This document shows, piece by piece, positions 32,987-46,010 of a stretch of DNA of 64,000 bases. The position numbers were made by a program, and so were the translations under genes. Numbering within the stretch: position 1 is the first letter of the stretch; every line of letters starts with the position of its first letter. The stretch lies in the NCBI RefSeq assembly GCF_009914755.1, contig NC_060940.1. One strand, written 5' to 3'. The DNA comes from the human T2T-CHM13v2.0 reference genome, Homo sapiens. Under the pieces are notes generated by a model. That model did not search any database. It saw nothing but the letters and a program-made list of their open reading frames with translations, and was not told where the DNA came from.

Positions 32987-33735
32987 TCCATTCTCCAACC
33001 ACACCTCCATATTTCTTCACCATTGAGTGTCTCAGTTACCCCGATGTCCACTCTTCCTTTCTCATCCCATGTCTTTCAATTCAACACAGTATTCTTTTGA
33101 TCCAGTGCATGCTTGTAAATTTTGCTAAAACTCTACCTATTATTCTTTTATTTTTTTATTTTTGAAGCAAAATAGCATGTTCTGAGGTAGCCTAGAAATG
33201 TGTCTGACACAAAGCATTCTGTGGGGTTAGAAGAACAACTAATAATTATGGAAGTATCAACATTAGGAATAGTGGTTGCTGACATTTATTAGTACTTGCT
33301 ATGTTCTGCTTAACTATGTTGCATGCTTTAGATGATTTTTTTGACTTTCAACCCCAGGAGTTAGGTAATCTTCTTATCTCCATTGTTATCACTAGGAATA
33401 TGGAGATGCAAGGAGACAGAGAGACTCACTCGGGCCAAAATCCAGTTGCTCAACACTTCCACCTGTCAGCCTCCTGGGCGTGACTTCCCCAACGTGGGGA
33501 AGATCTGATGTGTGTTTTGTAGGTATTACCACCTTCACCTGGAAATAATTCACCACTCTCTAACTTAGATACTTCCTGGTCATCTTTCGAGACTCAGCTC
33601 TGGGCTATCACCAGCCTTAGAAGCCTTCCCTTACCACCCTTTACTGGGGCAGGTGTCCCCTCCTGTGTTTCTTGGCTCACACCACCACAGACAGAGCACA
33701 TACAGTATTATGAGCAACTTTTGGCCCTGTGCTGC

Positions 33736-34440
33736 TCTTCCTCCCGTGACTCCATCCATGACTCCTTCCTCCCATGACTCCATCCATGGCTCTTTCCTTC
33801 CATGGTTCCATCCATGGCTCCTTCCTTCCATGACTCCATCCATGGCCACTCCCTCCCATGACTCCATCCATGGCCCCTTCCTTCCATGACCCCTCCCTCC
33901 CATGAGTCCACCCATGGCTCTCCTTCCTTCCATGACTCTATCCATGGTTCCATCCATGGCTCCTTCCTTCCATGACTCCATCCATGGCTCCTTCCTTCCA
34001 TGGCTCCATCCATGGATCCTTCCTTCCATGACTCCATCCATGGCTCCTTCCTTCCATGGCTCCATCCATGGATCCTTCCTTCCATGACTCCATCCATGGG
34101 TCCTTCCTTCCACGGCTCCATCCATGGATCCTTCCTTCCATGACTCCACCCATGGCTTCTTCCTTCCATGACTCCACCCATGGCTCCTTCCTTCCATGAC
34201 TCCATCCATGACTCCATCCATGGCTCCTTCCTTCCATGACTCCATCCTTGGCTGCATCCTTTCATGACTCTATCCATGGTCCCTTCCTTCCATGGCTCCA
34301 TCCATGGCTCCTTCCTTCCCTGGCTCTCTTCTTTCCATGTCTCTCTTCCTTCCATAACTCTCTTCCTTCCACGTCTCTCTTCCTGCCATGACTCCATCCA
34401 TGGCCCCTTCCTTCCATGGCTCCATCCTTCCATGACTCCA
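33736..34440. repeat. 28-bp minisatellite (CCATGACTCCATCCATGGCTCCTTCCTT)n, ~25 units
   Basis: Direct reading; 12-bp + 16-bp subunits, degenerate at the edges. Confidence 0.95.
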
Positions 34441-34531
34441 GTGCCATATTTTGTAGGCAAAAACTCATGGAGAGAAAAAGACCCTCTGAGAAGCATCTAC
34501 CAGGGATGTACCTAGAGATCGTCAAGTGATA

Positions 34532-34648
34532 CCTGAACAATAGGGGCCACAAACTCAACTATCTAAGCAAATAGCATCAATGAGAAAAATGGGCCCAGTT
34601 TAAGACAATAGGGATTGATGGGAGCTGCCATAAATAGACATGATATTT
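34532..34648 (+). repeat. Direct repeat copy 2 (MER102-like terminal fragment)
   Basis: See copy 1; 46-bp perfect core. Confidence 0.9.
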
Positions 34649-34664
34649 GACTATAGGTGGTTCA

Positions 34665-34890
34665 CAGTTTAGCCTTTGCAGTTAGACTGCTTTAAAGTGG
34701 ATCCTTGTGCCTTATTTCACTAGCTATGTGACCTGGGTTAATAATGAGTCTCTCTGTGTCTCAGTTGCCACATCCACAAAATGAGGAAAATAATTATGCC
34801 TACCCTAGGGGGCTCCTGAGTAGATATAAGATGGTGTTCATAAAGCCCTTAGCACACAGCTTTGCACCTAGAAGGTGCTCATTAAATTAG
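34665..34890 (+). mobile_element. MIR
   Basis: cactagctatgtgacctggg..ctctgtgtctcagtt..aaaatgagga. Confidence 0.65.
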
Positions 34891-35067
34891 TTCCTGTTCT
34901 CCATGCTTAGTATAACTTCTGTATGATGTTCAGCGTTGCTTTGGGGCAACACTGCAGGCAATTAAATTGTCTTTCTTTAATTGTCATTTCTTCCTCTTAT
35001 TCCACAGGTATGTATTGTACAACTACTCTAAAGTGGGGCACAAAATAGACAAAGCCCCTGACTTTCT

Positions 35068-35641
35068 TTTTTTAATTATTATCATCCTTTTAACTTCTGG
35101 GATACATGTACAGAACGTGCAAGTTCGTTACATAGGTATACACATGCCACAGTGGTTTGCTGCACCCATCAACCTGTCATCTACATTAGGTATTTGTCCT
35201 AATGCCATCCCTCCTCTAGCCCCCCACCCCTTGACAGGCCCCGGTGTGTGATGTTCCCCTTCCTGTGTCCATGTGTTTTCATTATTCAACTCGTATTTAT
35301 GAGTGAAAACATGCGGTGTTTGGTTTTCTGTTCCTGTGTTAGTTTGCTGAGAATGATGGTCTACGCAAATAAACTAGAAAATCTACAAGAAATGGATAAA
35401 TTCCTGGACACATACACCCTCCCAAGACTAAACCAGGAAGAAGCCGAATCCCTTAATAGACCAATAACAAGTTCTGAAATTGAGGCAGTAATTAATAGCC
35501 TACCAACCAAAAAAAAGCCCAGGACCAGACGGATTCACAGTAGAATTCTACCAGAGGTGCAAAGAGGAGCTGGTACTGTTCCTTCTGAAACTATTTCCAA
35601 ACAATAGAAAAAGAGGGACTCCTCCGTAACTCATTTTATGG
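35068..35641 (-). mobile_element. 5'-inverted (twin-primed) L1PA insertion
   Basis: Reverse 3'UTR 35068-35360 joined to forward ORF2 35361-35640 ([27 protein letters not shown]); TSD aagcccctgactttct at 35052-35067 and 35642-35657. Confidence 0.93.
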
Positions 35642-35679
35642 AAGCCCCTGACTTTCTAAGCTTATTGGTTTCACTGGTG

Positions 35680-35820
35680 TTGTCTGTAATGGCAGCCATG
35701 AGCCCCATGTGACTGTTTAAATTTAAATGTAAAAATTCAGTGCCTCACTGGGACTAGTTACATTTCAAGTGCTTACTGACCACACAGGGCCAGAGGCTAC
35801 CATACTGGATGGCACGGATA
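35680..35820. mobile_element. MER3/MER33-like hAT fossil
   Basis: aaaaattcagt..catttcaagtgct..ggctaccatactgga. Confidence 0.65.
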
Positions 35821-36213
35821 TGTGAGTTTGCTGAAGCTGCCATAGTAAAATGCCACAGACTGTTTGGCTTAAGCAATAGAAACTTAATTGTCTCTCAGTT
35901 CTGGAGGCCGAAGTCCAAATCCAAGGCGTTGGCATGGTTGGTTTGTTCTGAGGCTTTCCTGCTTGGTTGGTAGATGGCCGTCTTCTCTCTGGGTTTTCAC
36001 ATGGTCTTTCTGTGTCTGTGTCTTTGTCTTTGTCTCCTCTTCTTGCAAAGGCAGCAGTCATGTTGGATGAGGGCCCACCCTATGACCTCGTTTTAACTCA
36101 GTCACCTCTTTAAAGACCTTCTTTCCAAATACACATTCTGATGTACAGGGGGTTAAGGCTTCAATATATGAATTTGGGAGTGGGGCAAGTATGCCATTCA
36201 GCACATCACAACA
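35821..36213 (-). mobile_element. MLT1A-like MaLR solo LTR
   Basis: TG...CA termini with perfect 5-bp TSD ggata (35816-20 and 36214-18). Confidence 0.85.
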
Positions 36214-36239
36214 GGATAGAAAATTTTTATAATTACAGA

Positions 36240-36550
36240 TGGTGGCTCATTCCTGCAACTGTAGCACTTTGGGAGGTCAAGGCAGGTGAATCTCTTAAGC
36301 CCAGGAGTTTAAGACCAGCCTGGGCAACATAGCAGAACCATATCTCTACTAAAAATACAAAAATTAGCTGGGTGTGGTGGTATGTGCCTGTGGTCCCAGC
36401 TATTTGGGAGGCTGAGGAGGGAGGATCACCTGAGCCTGGGGAGATCAAGACTGTGGTGAGCTGAGATTGCTCCACTGCACTGTAATTTATGTGACTGAGT
36501 GAGACACCTTCTCAAAAACAAGGAAACAAAAAATGAAAACAAACAAAAAA
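36240..36550 (+). mobile_element. Alu (AluJ-like), 5' clipped
   Basis: Diverged dimer plus A-rich tail. Confidence 0.85.
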
Positions 36551-36712
36551 CACCTTAAACAAATAAATGTCCGTGTTATTTACTAATACTGAATATATAC
36601 TTAAAACCAGCACTTCACCTACATGTGCATTCTTCTGCCTGGGAGGTGTTGATAGAGTGACCTTAGGAAAATGTCTTTGTCTGTGGTTCAAAAATGAATT
36701 GGACTTGAGTGA

Positions 36713-37151
<439 letters not shown>

Positions 37152-38039
37152 TACCAGGTGTTTTTTTAGGCCCTATTTTAGAAGAGGAAGAAAAGATTTT
37201 TACCCTCAAGGAATCTTCAGTCTACTGGTGTCTGAGAGACCTGAACAATCTAACCACGATGTATTGCCAAAGCTGATGAGACAGAAGCAGGGGAAAAATG
37301 AAACAGGATCCCTTGGAAGGGAGACGTCACTCCTGCTCTGCAGTCGTGGGAAAGGCTGCAGAGAGAAGGCATTTCCTCTACACCCAACCTTGACCTTCAG
37401 CAAGTCCCTTAGCCTCCCGTTGAGTGGCAGGCAACATGTAAACAGCAGCTATCTCTTAGAGGGCAGGAGTTCTATGAATGCACTTATTAATCACTGTGAA
37501 GCTGATGAAAACGATCACCATAAAACTATGACACACTCCTTTTCTTTTCCAAGACCAGTAGTGCTGAAAGGCCTTCTTGTCTGAGGCTTATCGTATAGAC
37601 AGGTACCTCATATCACCATGAACATATGACGACTTTTTAATCAAGTGTTAATGGTCTCCTACACTTCACAAAGCAGGAATGGAGGGGGTCGTTGCAGCTG
37701 GTAATGACCGTATTTGCTTTTATTGTATGATTACCTTTATTCAATCTCTAGTTCCAAAAAGGGTTTTAGATGGCTTATAATAAAGGTGCAGATTCAATAA
37801 ACCATGAGATTATTAAAAGAAATTACGTGGTGAGCCTAGTAATGAAATAATTGGGGGGTGGTAAGAAAATATTCACAGAAATCTTAAGATTTCATTTTTT
37901 CCAATTGATTAAGAATCTTAGGCTAAAGCTAGCCACTGGAACTGAGCACAAAGCTTATATCTAAGGATTCTGATAAAATGCAAAGAAAAGAAGAAAGAAA
38001 AAAGAAACAAAGATTATATGTCTTTATATGTCGAGCTAT

Positions 38040-39260
38040 ATTGCTTTCTTCTTTCAACAATAATTTATTTAGCACCTACTCTGTTGCTGGGGTTTTGATA
38101 GATGCTGGGGAGTGGAGGGAGAAAGATATAAATACTATTAAGACCAAGTCCTTTCAGATAGAAGAATTATGTATTTCTGTAAAAGAGAATTGCGTATTTT
38201 TAGAAAAGAACATGAATTAGTGTGTGTGTATGTGTGTGCGTGTGTAAGAGTGTGCATCTATTCAAGCTTTGTTTTTCCCCCTAGATATGGGTGTCTCACC
38301 CTGTCTTCCAGGCTGGAGTGCATTGGCATGGTCATAGCTTACTGCTGTTCTGAACTTCTGGGCTCAAGCAATATTCCCATCTCAGCCTCTAGAGTGGCTG
38401 CGATTATTCAAGTTTATCATTGATGATTGGGAAGAGCCACAGTCAATGAACCTAGAGACCAGATAACTTAGGGCCCTGTTAAGGCAAGTTAAGGAGTTTA
38501 GCTTTTACTTTAAGGACAATTGGGAACCATTGAAGTGGATCAAATTTTCTATTTAGAAAGATAACTCTCCCTGCAGTGTGGAGAATGGATTGCGGTGGAA
38601 GGAGAGAGGAGAGGAACATCAGTTAGAGGGCGGTTGCAGGCTGATGGGCACTTTGGGTGGGAATAATGGCTATGGGAATGAAGACAACTGAATGGATCCG
38701 TGAGACGCAGAGCAAGATAAACTATTTAACTTGTAGATCAATTGTACATGAAGAGTGAAGTTATGAGAGGAAGCAACGTGGACTCAAGTTTCATTCTGGT
38801 ACCTTCTAGTTGGATTCATGTACCATTTAATGAGATGGCAGAATTAGAAAAAAGAGAAAGTATTGGGTCTTAGTGAGAAGATGATGTATTAACTTGTAGG
38901 TATGATGTCTGAGATGTTTGGAAGACACTTAGGAGAAGGTAGATGTTAAGTAGGCAGCTGAGTATAAGAATCTCACACTGAGAAGTGAGAGGGGATTGGT
39001 GATTTGGGAGCCTTGGAGTATAAACAGGTTTTAAGCCATGGGAATTGATGGAGGCCTCTAGGTAGAGTTTGAAGAATGAAAAGAAAAGAAAATCCAAGAC
39101 GTCTTTGGACCCCAAACATTGAGACGTTTCCCAGAGGAGAAAGGATTTATGAGACAGTCTAAGCACCAGTAGCTAGAGATGTCAGAAAATCAGCAGGAAA
39201 TAGTGGTGTTATGGAAGCAAAAGGAAAACTACGTATTACAGAGCCTGTGATGGAGTGGCC
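38040..39260 (-). mobile_element. L2 relic (fragmented)
   Basis: ttcaacaataatttatttagcacctact tail; tttagaaagataactctccctgcagtgtggagaatggatt body. Confidence 0.6.
38265..38410 (-). mobile_element. Old Alu monomer fragment
   Basis: ccaggctggagtgca..ctgggctcaagcaat. Confidence 0.7.
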
Positions 39261-40855
39261 ATAGGGTCCCTTGCCAATGGAAGCCATGGCATTGGATGAT
39301 AGACTCAAGAAGTACTCAGAGTGAGAGAAGATGAGAGCCCAGGACACATCTCTGGGCCCTTGTGTTATTTTCTGGTGACTGTGAATTTCCGGAAGTCCCC
39401 CCCCCCCCCGCAATAGCTTTGATTTGACATGGAGAGAAGTGTGCCTTCCATGATACACTGTGAATTACTGACTACCGTTCCAGGCATCTTAACTATAACT
39501 TTAATCATCTGAGCTCTAGCTCCCATCACCATTCCTGCAGTGCCCCAGGACTCATTAAATCGCCAGGGGTATTCGAAGACCTCCCAATTAAGGACCCGTT
39601 TTATGAGCATAGTTGAAATCCTGGAAATTATTGCCTCTTTGAGGCACAGGAGTAGGTGCTGGTATCTGCTAGGATGAATGATAATGTGGACCCCGGTGAT
39701 TTGCTGTCCTTCATCGTTTGATCTGCTTTAATGACCAGAGAGTAATTAGTCCGTTGTTGTGTGCAGCTAGGTGTTACAAATGGAGTTGTAAATTCAGCGC
39801 CTTGGAATAAAAAGTGGCTATTAGTTTCTCCCCTGCAATTCAGTTTACAGATAGTTCTGGGGCAAAGTGAGAAGAAGCCCAGTGTGCCCTTTCAGGGGTG
39901 ACATGGTGGTCACGTACATGTGCAAACAGATGCGTGTGCACACACATACATGGGTTTGTCTTCTCAAAACTGAAAAAAAAAAAAGAATCTCTTTGATGTA
40001 ATTTCTTTGTAGCATGTTTTTAAATGAAGATATTGAAGCTGATGGCATCCAGGGCTGGGGAAGTTTGAAGAAGGGAACAGAAAATTTTGCAATTGGATTT
40101 CCAGCAGTAACTGTGTCCAAACACGGCCCCTCCCTGTATAGCAGAACTCTGTGTTATCCTGAGCTCTGGAAGTTCGTCTGCAGCATGAAGTTTTTTACCT
40201 TGCTGGCATCACTCAGGACCACAGAGGGAGCATGCCTGCTGGTTAAGGATCTGTAATCTGTGGGACTACCTGTGTTCTCAGTCTGGCTGTACTATTTACT
40301 ATTGGTTTCACCTTGGAAAAGACACTTAATGCCTCTAAGGCTTCATTTCTCCATCTATTAATGAAGATAGCCATAGAACCAGACTCATTGATTTATTAGA
40401 AGACTCAAATGAGAACATTCACGGAAAGAGCTTGCCATGACACCAGAGATATACCAGGTGCTAAATAAGTTGCTTATTATTCTCACATCTTCATCACAGT
40501 AAACAACTTGGAGAATACAGACAAACCAGGCATCAACCATTGGTGTTTCAGAGCAAGAGAATAACTGACATCCAGTATCGTATCCTAAGTTGATCAAACT
40601 GTTCCTGACCATGTGGCGATATATGCAGAGGCCCCTCAAACCACAGGGAAAACAAGGTAAAGTGGCCAGTGCTATGCTCATTTGACCTAGGAGTAAGGAA
40701 TGAAAAACGGTATCTGTGTTAAAGCAATTACAGATATACGACAGAGTTGCATATAAAATGCATGTGGATTTCTAGGACAAACACATCATATCAAATGCAT
40801 CTTGCCCTTGCAATACTTGATTCCAGTTGTGTTTCCCAGAATTACTGGAGGGTTA

Positions 40856-41350
<495 letters not shown>

Positions 41351-41665
41351 TCAAAAGAGTTTTAATTTTATTTCTCCTCTCTGCATCCCCTCAGTATGAA
41401 TTTAGGTACACCAAGAATTTATCAAGCTTCAAAATAATCTAAACTATTTGAAATGGAAGACACCTAAGAAAGAAAATCGCTTTAGAGCTGATCAGTCACT
41501 GACCTCTATATCTCATCTCAAAGATTTTCTTTTAATTACCCTATATCTCATGCTTCTGATATCTTTAAAGATTAATAAGGCATCCATATATCCAAACAAT
41601 ATAGATATATGGAATATAGAAAATACCAATGTCTTTAGAGTCAATACTTAAAAAATCTTGCTCTT

Positions 41666-42004
<339 letters not shown>

Positions 42005-42049
42005 CTTGCTCTTTCTCATGAATAGCTGCCCAATATTCTGTAATGTAGG

Positions 42050-43415
42050 TTATATTAGATTGCTTGGGGCTGCCATAATACAGCATTGCAGACTTGGCAG
42101 CTTAAGTAACAGAAGTTTATTTTCTCATAGTTCTGGAGGCTGGACATCCAAGATTAAGGTGTCAGCAGGATTGGTTCCATTGGTTCTCTCTCCTTGGCTT
42201 GTACGTGGCCATCTTTTCCCTGTGTTTTTCCCTGTGTGTGTGACTGTGTCCTAATCTCTTCTTATAAGAACACTGGTCATAGTGGACAACCTATAGGATG
42301 AGAGAAAATTTTTGCAATCTATCCGTCTGACAAAGGTCTAATATCCAGAATCTACAAGGAACTTAAGGAAATTTACAAGAAAAAAAACACCCCATAGAAA
42401 AGTGGGCAAAGGCTATGAACAGACACTTCTCAAAAAAAAAACATACATGCGGCCAAACATATGAGAAAAAGCTCAACATCAGCGATCATTAGAGAGATGC
42501 AAATCAAAACCACAATGAGATACCATCTCACACCAGTCAGAATGGCGATTATTAAAAAGTTAAGAAACAACAGATGCTGGTGAGCTTGTAGATAAATAGG
42601 AACACTTTTACACTGTTAGTGGGAATGTAAATTCATTCAACCATTGTGGAAGACAGTGTGGTGATTCCTTAAAGGTTTAGAACCAAAAATACCATTTGCT
42701 GCAGCAATCCCATTACTGGGTATATAGCCAAAGGAATATAAATCATTCTATTATAAAGATACATGCACGTATATGTTAATAGAAGCACTATTCAGAATAC
42801 CAAAAAAAAAAAAAAAGTGGAATCAACCTAAATGCCCATCAATGATAGACTGGATAAAGAAAATGTAATACATGTACACCATGGAATACTATGCAGCCAT
42901 AAAAAGGACTGAGATCATGTCCTTTGCAAGGTCATGGATGAAACTGGAAGCCATTACCTTAGCAAACTAAAGCAAGAACAGAAAACCAAACACTGCATGC
43001 TCTCACTTATAAGTGGGAGCTGAACAATGAGAACAGATAGACACAGAGAGGGGAACAACACTCACTAGAGCCTGTTGGGAGAGGGTGGGGGGAAGAAAGC
43101 ATTAGGGAAAAGAATGAATGCATGCTGGGCTTAGTACCTAGGTGATGAGGCTGATAGGTGCAGCAGCCCATCATGGCACGCATTTACCTATGTAGTGCAC
43201 CCACACATCCTGCACATGTATCCCAGAACTTAAAAAAATTAATTAAATTTTAAAAAAAGAACACTGGTCATAGTGGATTAGAGCCTACCCTTATGGATTC
43301 CTTTTAACTTAATTAACTCGTTAAAGACCTTATCTCCAAATAAGGGCACATTCTGAGGTTTGAGGGATTAAGACTTCAACGTATGAATTTTGAGGGCTAC
43401 TATCAGCCCATGACT
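42050..43415 (-). mobile_element. MLT1A/B-like LTR split by an L1
   Basis: gctgccataa..ttctggaggctgg..aaggtgtcagcagg; resumes taaagaccttatctccaaat after the L1. Confidence 0.8.
42287..43256 (+). mobile_element. 5'-truncated older L1PA (ORF2 C-terminus plus 3'UTR)
   Basis: aatatccagaatctacaagga..gaatactatgcagccataaaaa..A tail; 21-bp TSD aagaacactggtcatagtgga at 42266-42286 and 43257-43277. Confidence 0.93.
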
Positions 43416-44179
43416 TAGGTGTATGTAATTTATTTAACTATATTCCCATCCATGATCTTTCAGGCTAATTTTACTTGTTTTGTATTTCTTCACATTAAAC
43501 AATGTCATATCAACTAATCCAACCATAACACTTGTGTGGCTGGATAAAACAGAAATGTTTTATTGTGATGTGGAATTTTAACTTTGTCTTTTTTGTTCAA
43601 ACTAAGAATGGCTTATGTCTCCCCATAGGGATAACATGATTTTGTTTTGACAGAAATCTTTAATGGAAGATTATTTTTTTTCTCAGTGGCAATCTGCAGA
43701 TTAATGGGATAATTTTAGGTGAACTGAAGAGAATGGAGGGCTGTTCTGTTTAAGCTATCTTTGTGCTTATGTAGGGACAGTAATATCATCCAATAAAAGG
43801 ACATATGCAATTATATCAGCTTTGTGGTAATTATATGGATATTTTCATTGTTCAGTACATTTAATTATGCTTTGTTAAACAGCCTGTATTAGCTTTTGGT
43901 GGGGCAAGCTTTGACTGGATTAATGCCAGGGGCTTGTATGTTGAATGTTTCACACGATGCATCTTTCTAGAAGGAAAGAGCAAACAAAAATTAAGAAAAA
44001 GGGTCATGATTACCTTTCCCTTATTTTTCCTTTTCAACAACATTTTTAATGGACAGTTCCAGAGACAATTTCATCCTTTATAAAATCCTTATATTAGTCA
44101 TTTGAAAGAAAAGCAACTAATATATGGTTTTGGAACCGTTAACCCAACACAGAACTCTTTAGAGTTAATGTGTGGCCTC

Positions 44180-45400
44180 CTCCCCATCTACCTTCGCAGT
44201 CCTCCAGTCTCACTCTGGGAGGGGCAGAATTTCCATTGACAGCCTGATGCATGCTCTTCTGTATGGTCCCCTTTGCTGATACAATTATCCATGTGCATGC
44301 TTATGCTTTTTAAAGGGTGGCCTCATCCTCCGCCTTTTATTCAGTAACTTGCCTTTTTTGCAAGGCATGTTTATTGTCCACACATGCCAATTATTAAAAA
44401 TCTACTTACTCCTTTTACATATCTGCATAGTATTCCATAGTATGGATGCGTCACTATTTGTTCAGCCATCCTTCCACTGATGTTCTTTAGATTAATTCTT
44501 CGTTGGATTTGTGTATTTTTTTCTTCTGCCAAAATAAGCATTGCTATAAGAAACATTTGGCACGTATTTCTTTCATTTTGGTACTTTCTGTTGGCTAAAA
44601 TTCTCTGAAATGAAATAATTAGTAAAAGCTCACCAATTTTTTAATTTCAACAAATATTACCATGTTTTTACCCCCCACCGCCCCCCACACACAAAATTGG
44701 AGCAATATGAAGTCTTCCCGACGCTATAAACTACCTGAACAACACTGGATGTTAGCAATCTTTTAAAAAGTATTGAGTATACACATGGCACATTGTTGCT
44801 TTAATTTTCATGTTCTTGACGACTAATTATACACAAAATCTTTCCTCTTATAGGAATTATTTAGGTACAATATTTGTTCATTTTCAATTAGTTTATCTTT
44901 TTCTTGTTAATCTATTAATTCTTCGTATCTTAAAGCTGTTCACCTTAGCTTGTGAAACTTGTGATAAACACATGCTGTGATTTACCTTTTGAGTTTATCT
45001 ACAAGATCCTAGTCCACTTAAAAGTACTTTGTGATCACTTTTATTAATAACTTAAGGAGCTATCCTTCCCCTATTCAACTTTTATAAAAAACAGCCTCTT
45101 GTAATACTTTATAGTTTTTTGCTTTATCTTTAGGTGTTTAAATTTACCTGGAATTTACTTTTGCAAAGCTAAGTATGAAATCTAACATGCATTATTTTTC
45201 CTGTAAAGGGTAGTCAGATGGCCTAATGACAACATTAATTCCATATTCCACCCTTTCTGTTAACTCGGATGTGTGCATATACTCACACAGATCACAATTT
45301 CTGAACTCTATTAACTCAGGTCAACTATTTATTTGCTGTTGTGTATTAAAGAGTTTTGCCTACTAATATATTTTAGCCTTGGCAGGATGCTATGAGATGA
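44180..45400 (-). mobile_element. Ancient L1M relic
   Basis: gcatagtattccatagtatggatg motif; T-rich; boundaries approximate. Confidence 0.5.
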
Positions 45401-45439
45401 CATAGTAACGATAAGAATTCCTTACTTTAAAAGTTGGGC

Positions 45440-46010
45440 AGGTAACATTTGGGGTCAGAAGCTTTTTGAACTGATGAACTAGTTAGATTTGATGGGGGGT
45501 CGGGGCGGAGTGTAAGTGGCAGAAATCTGACCCAAGCTGATGCAAGCAAGAAGGAAGAGTATTGACTTTCAGACAGGAAAACCAAGGGTTGCTCTAAGCT
45601 TACTGAATTCAGAAGCTCAACCAATGTCGTGAGCACCGGTCTCGTTCACCATGTCATTTAGCTCTCTTACAGCCATGTTTAGCTTGGCTCCGCCATTATA
45701 CAGCAGAAAGATGCTTACTAACCGCCCCAAGTTTCATCTTATTCCCTGAACAGCACCAGCAAAGCACACTGAATCACGTGCCCATCACTAAACAATCCCC
45801 ACTGTTAGAAGGAGGTGAGTTCCTCACTGGCTAGACTAGCTCTCGCGCCCACCATGACCAAGGAGGTGTAATCAATCCTGCAGGAACCACCCAGCTTGAT
45901 AGTTTATCCTCCCAGAGAGGAGGAGAGCCACTAAGAAAAAATCAAATGCTGTTACCAGAAAGAGGGGCTGACCATTTGATAGGCTAAAACTAGTGAATTT
46001 CACTGTTCCT
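45440..46010. mobile_element. Old MLT1 (J/K-like) LTR relic
   Basis: aaaatcaaatgctgttaccagaaagagggg motif. Confidence 0.45.

Noticed and set aside
33736-34440. Regular 28-bp repeats as a CRISPR-like array
   Set aside because: Head-to-tail repeats with no unique spacers, no cas genes, primate DNA
32870-34648. Direct repeats as LTRs of a novel retroelement
   Set aside because: No TG..CA termini, primer-binding site, polypurine tract or TSD; interior is L2/MIR relics plus the VNTR
35248-35607. 119-aa ORF with L1 ORF2 similarity as a gene
   Set aside because: Chimeric read-through across the L1 inversion junction; frameshifted fragment
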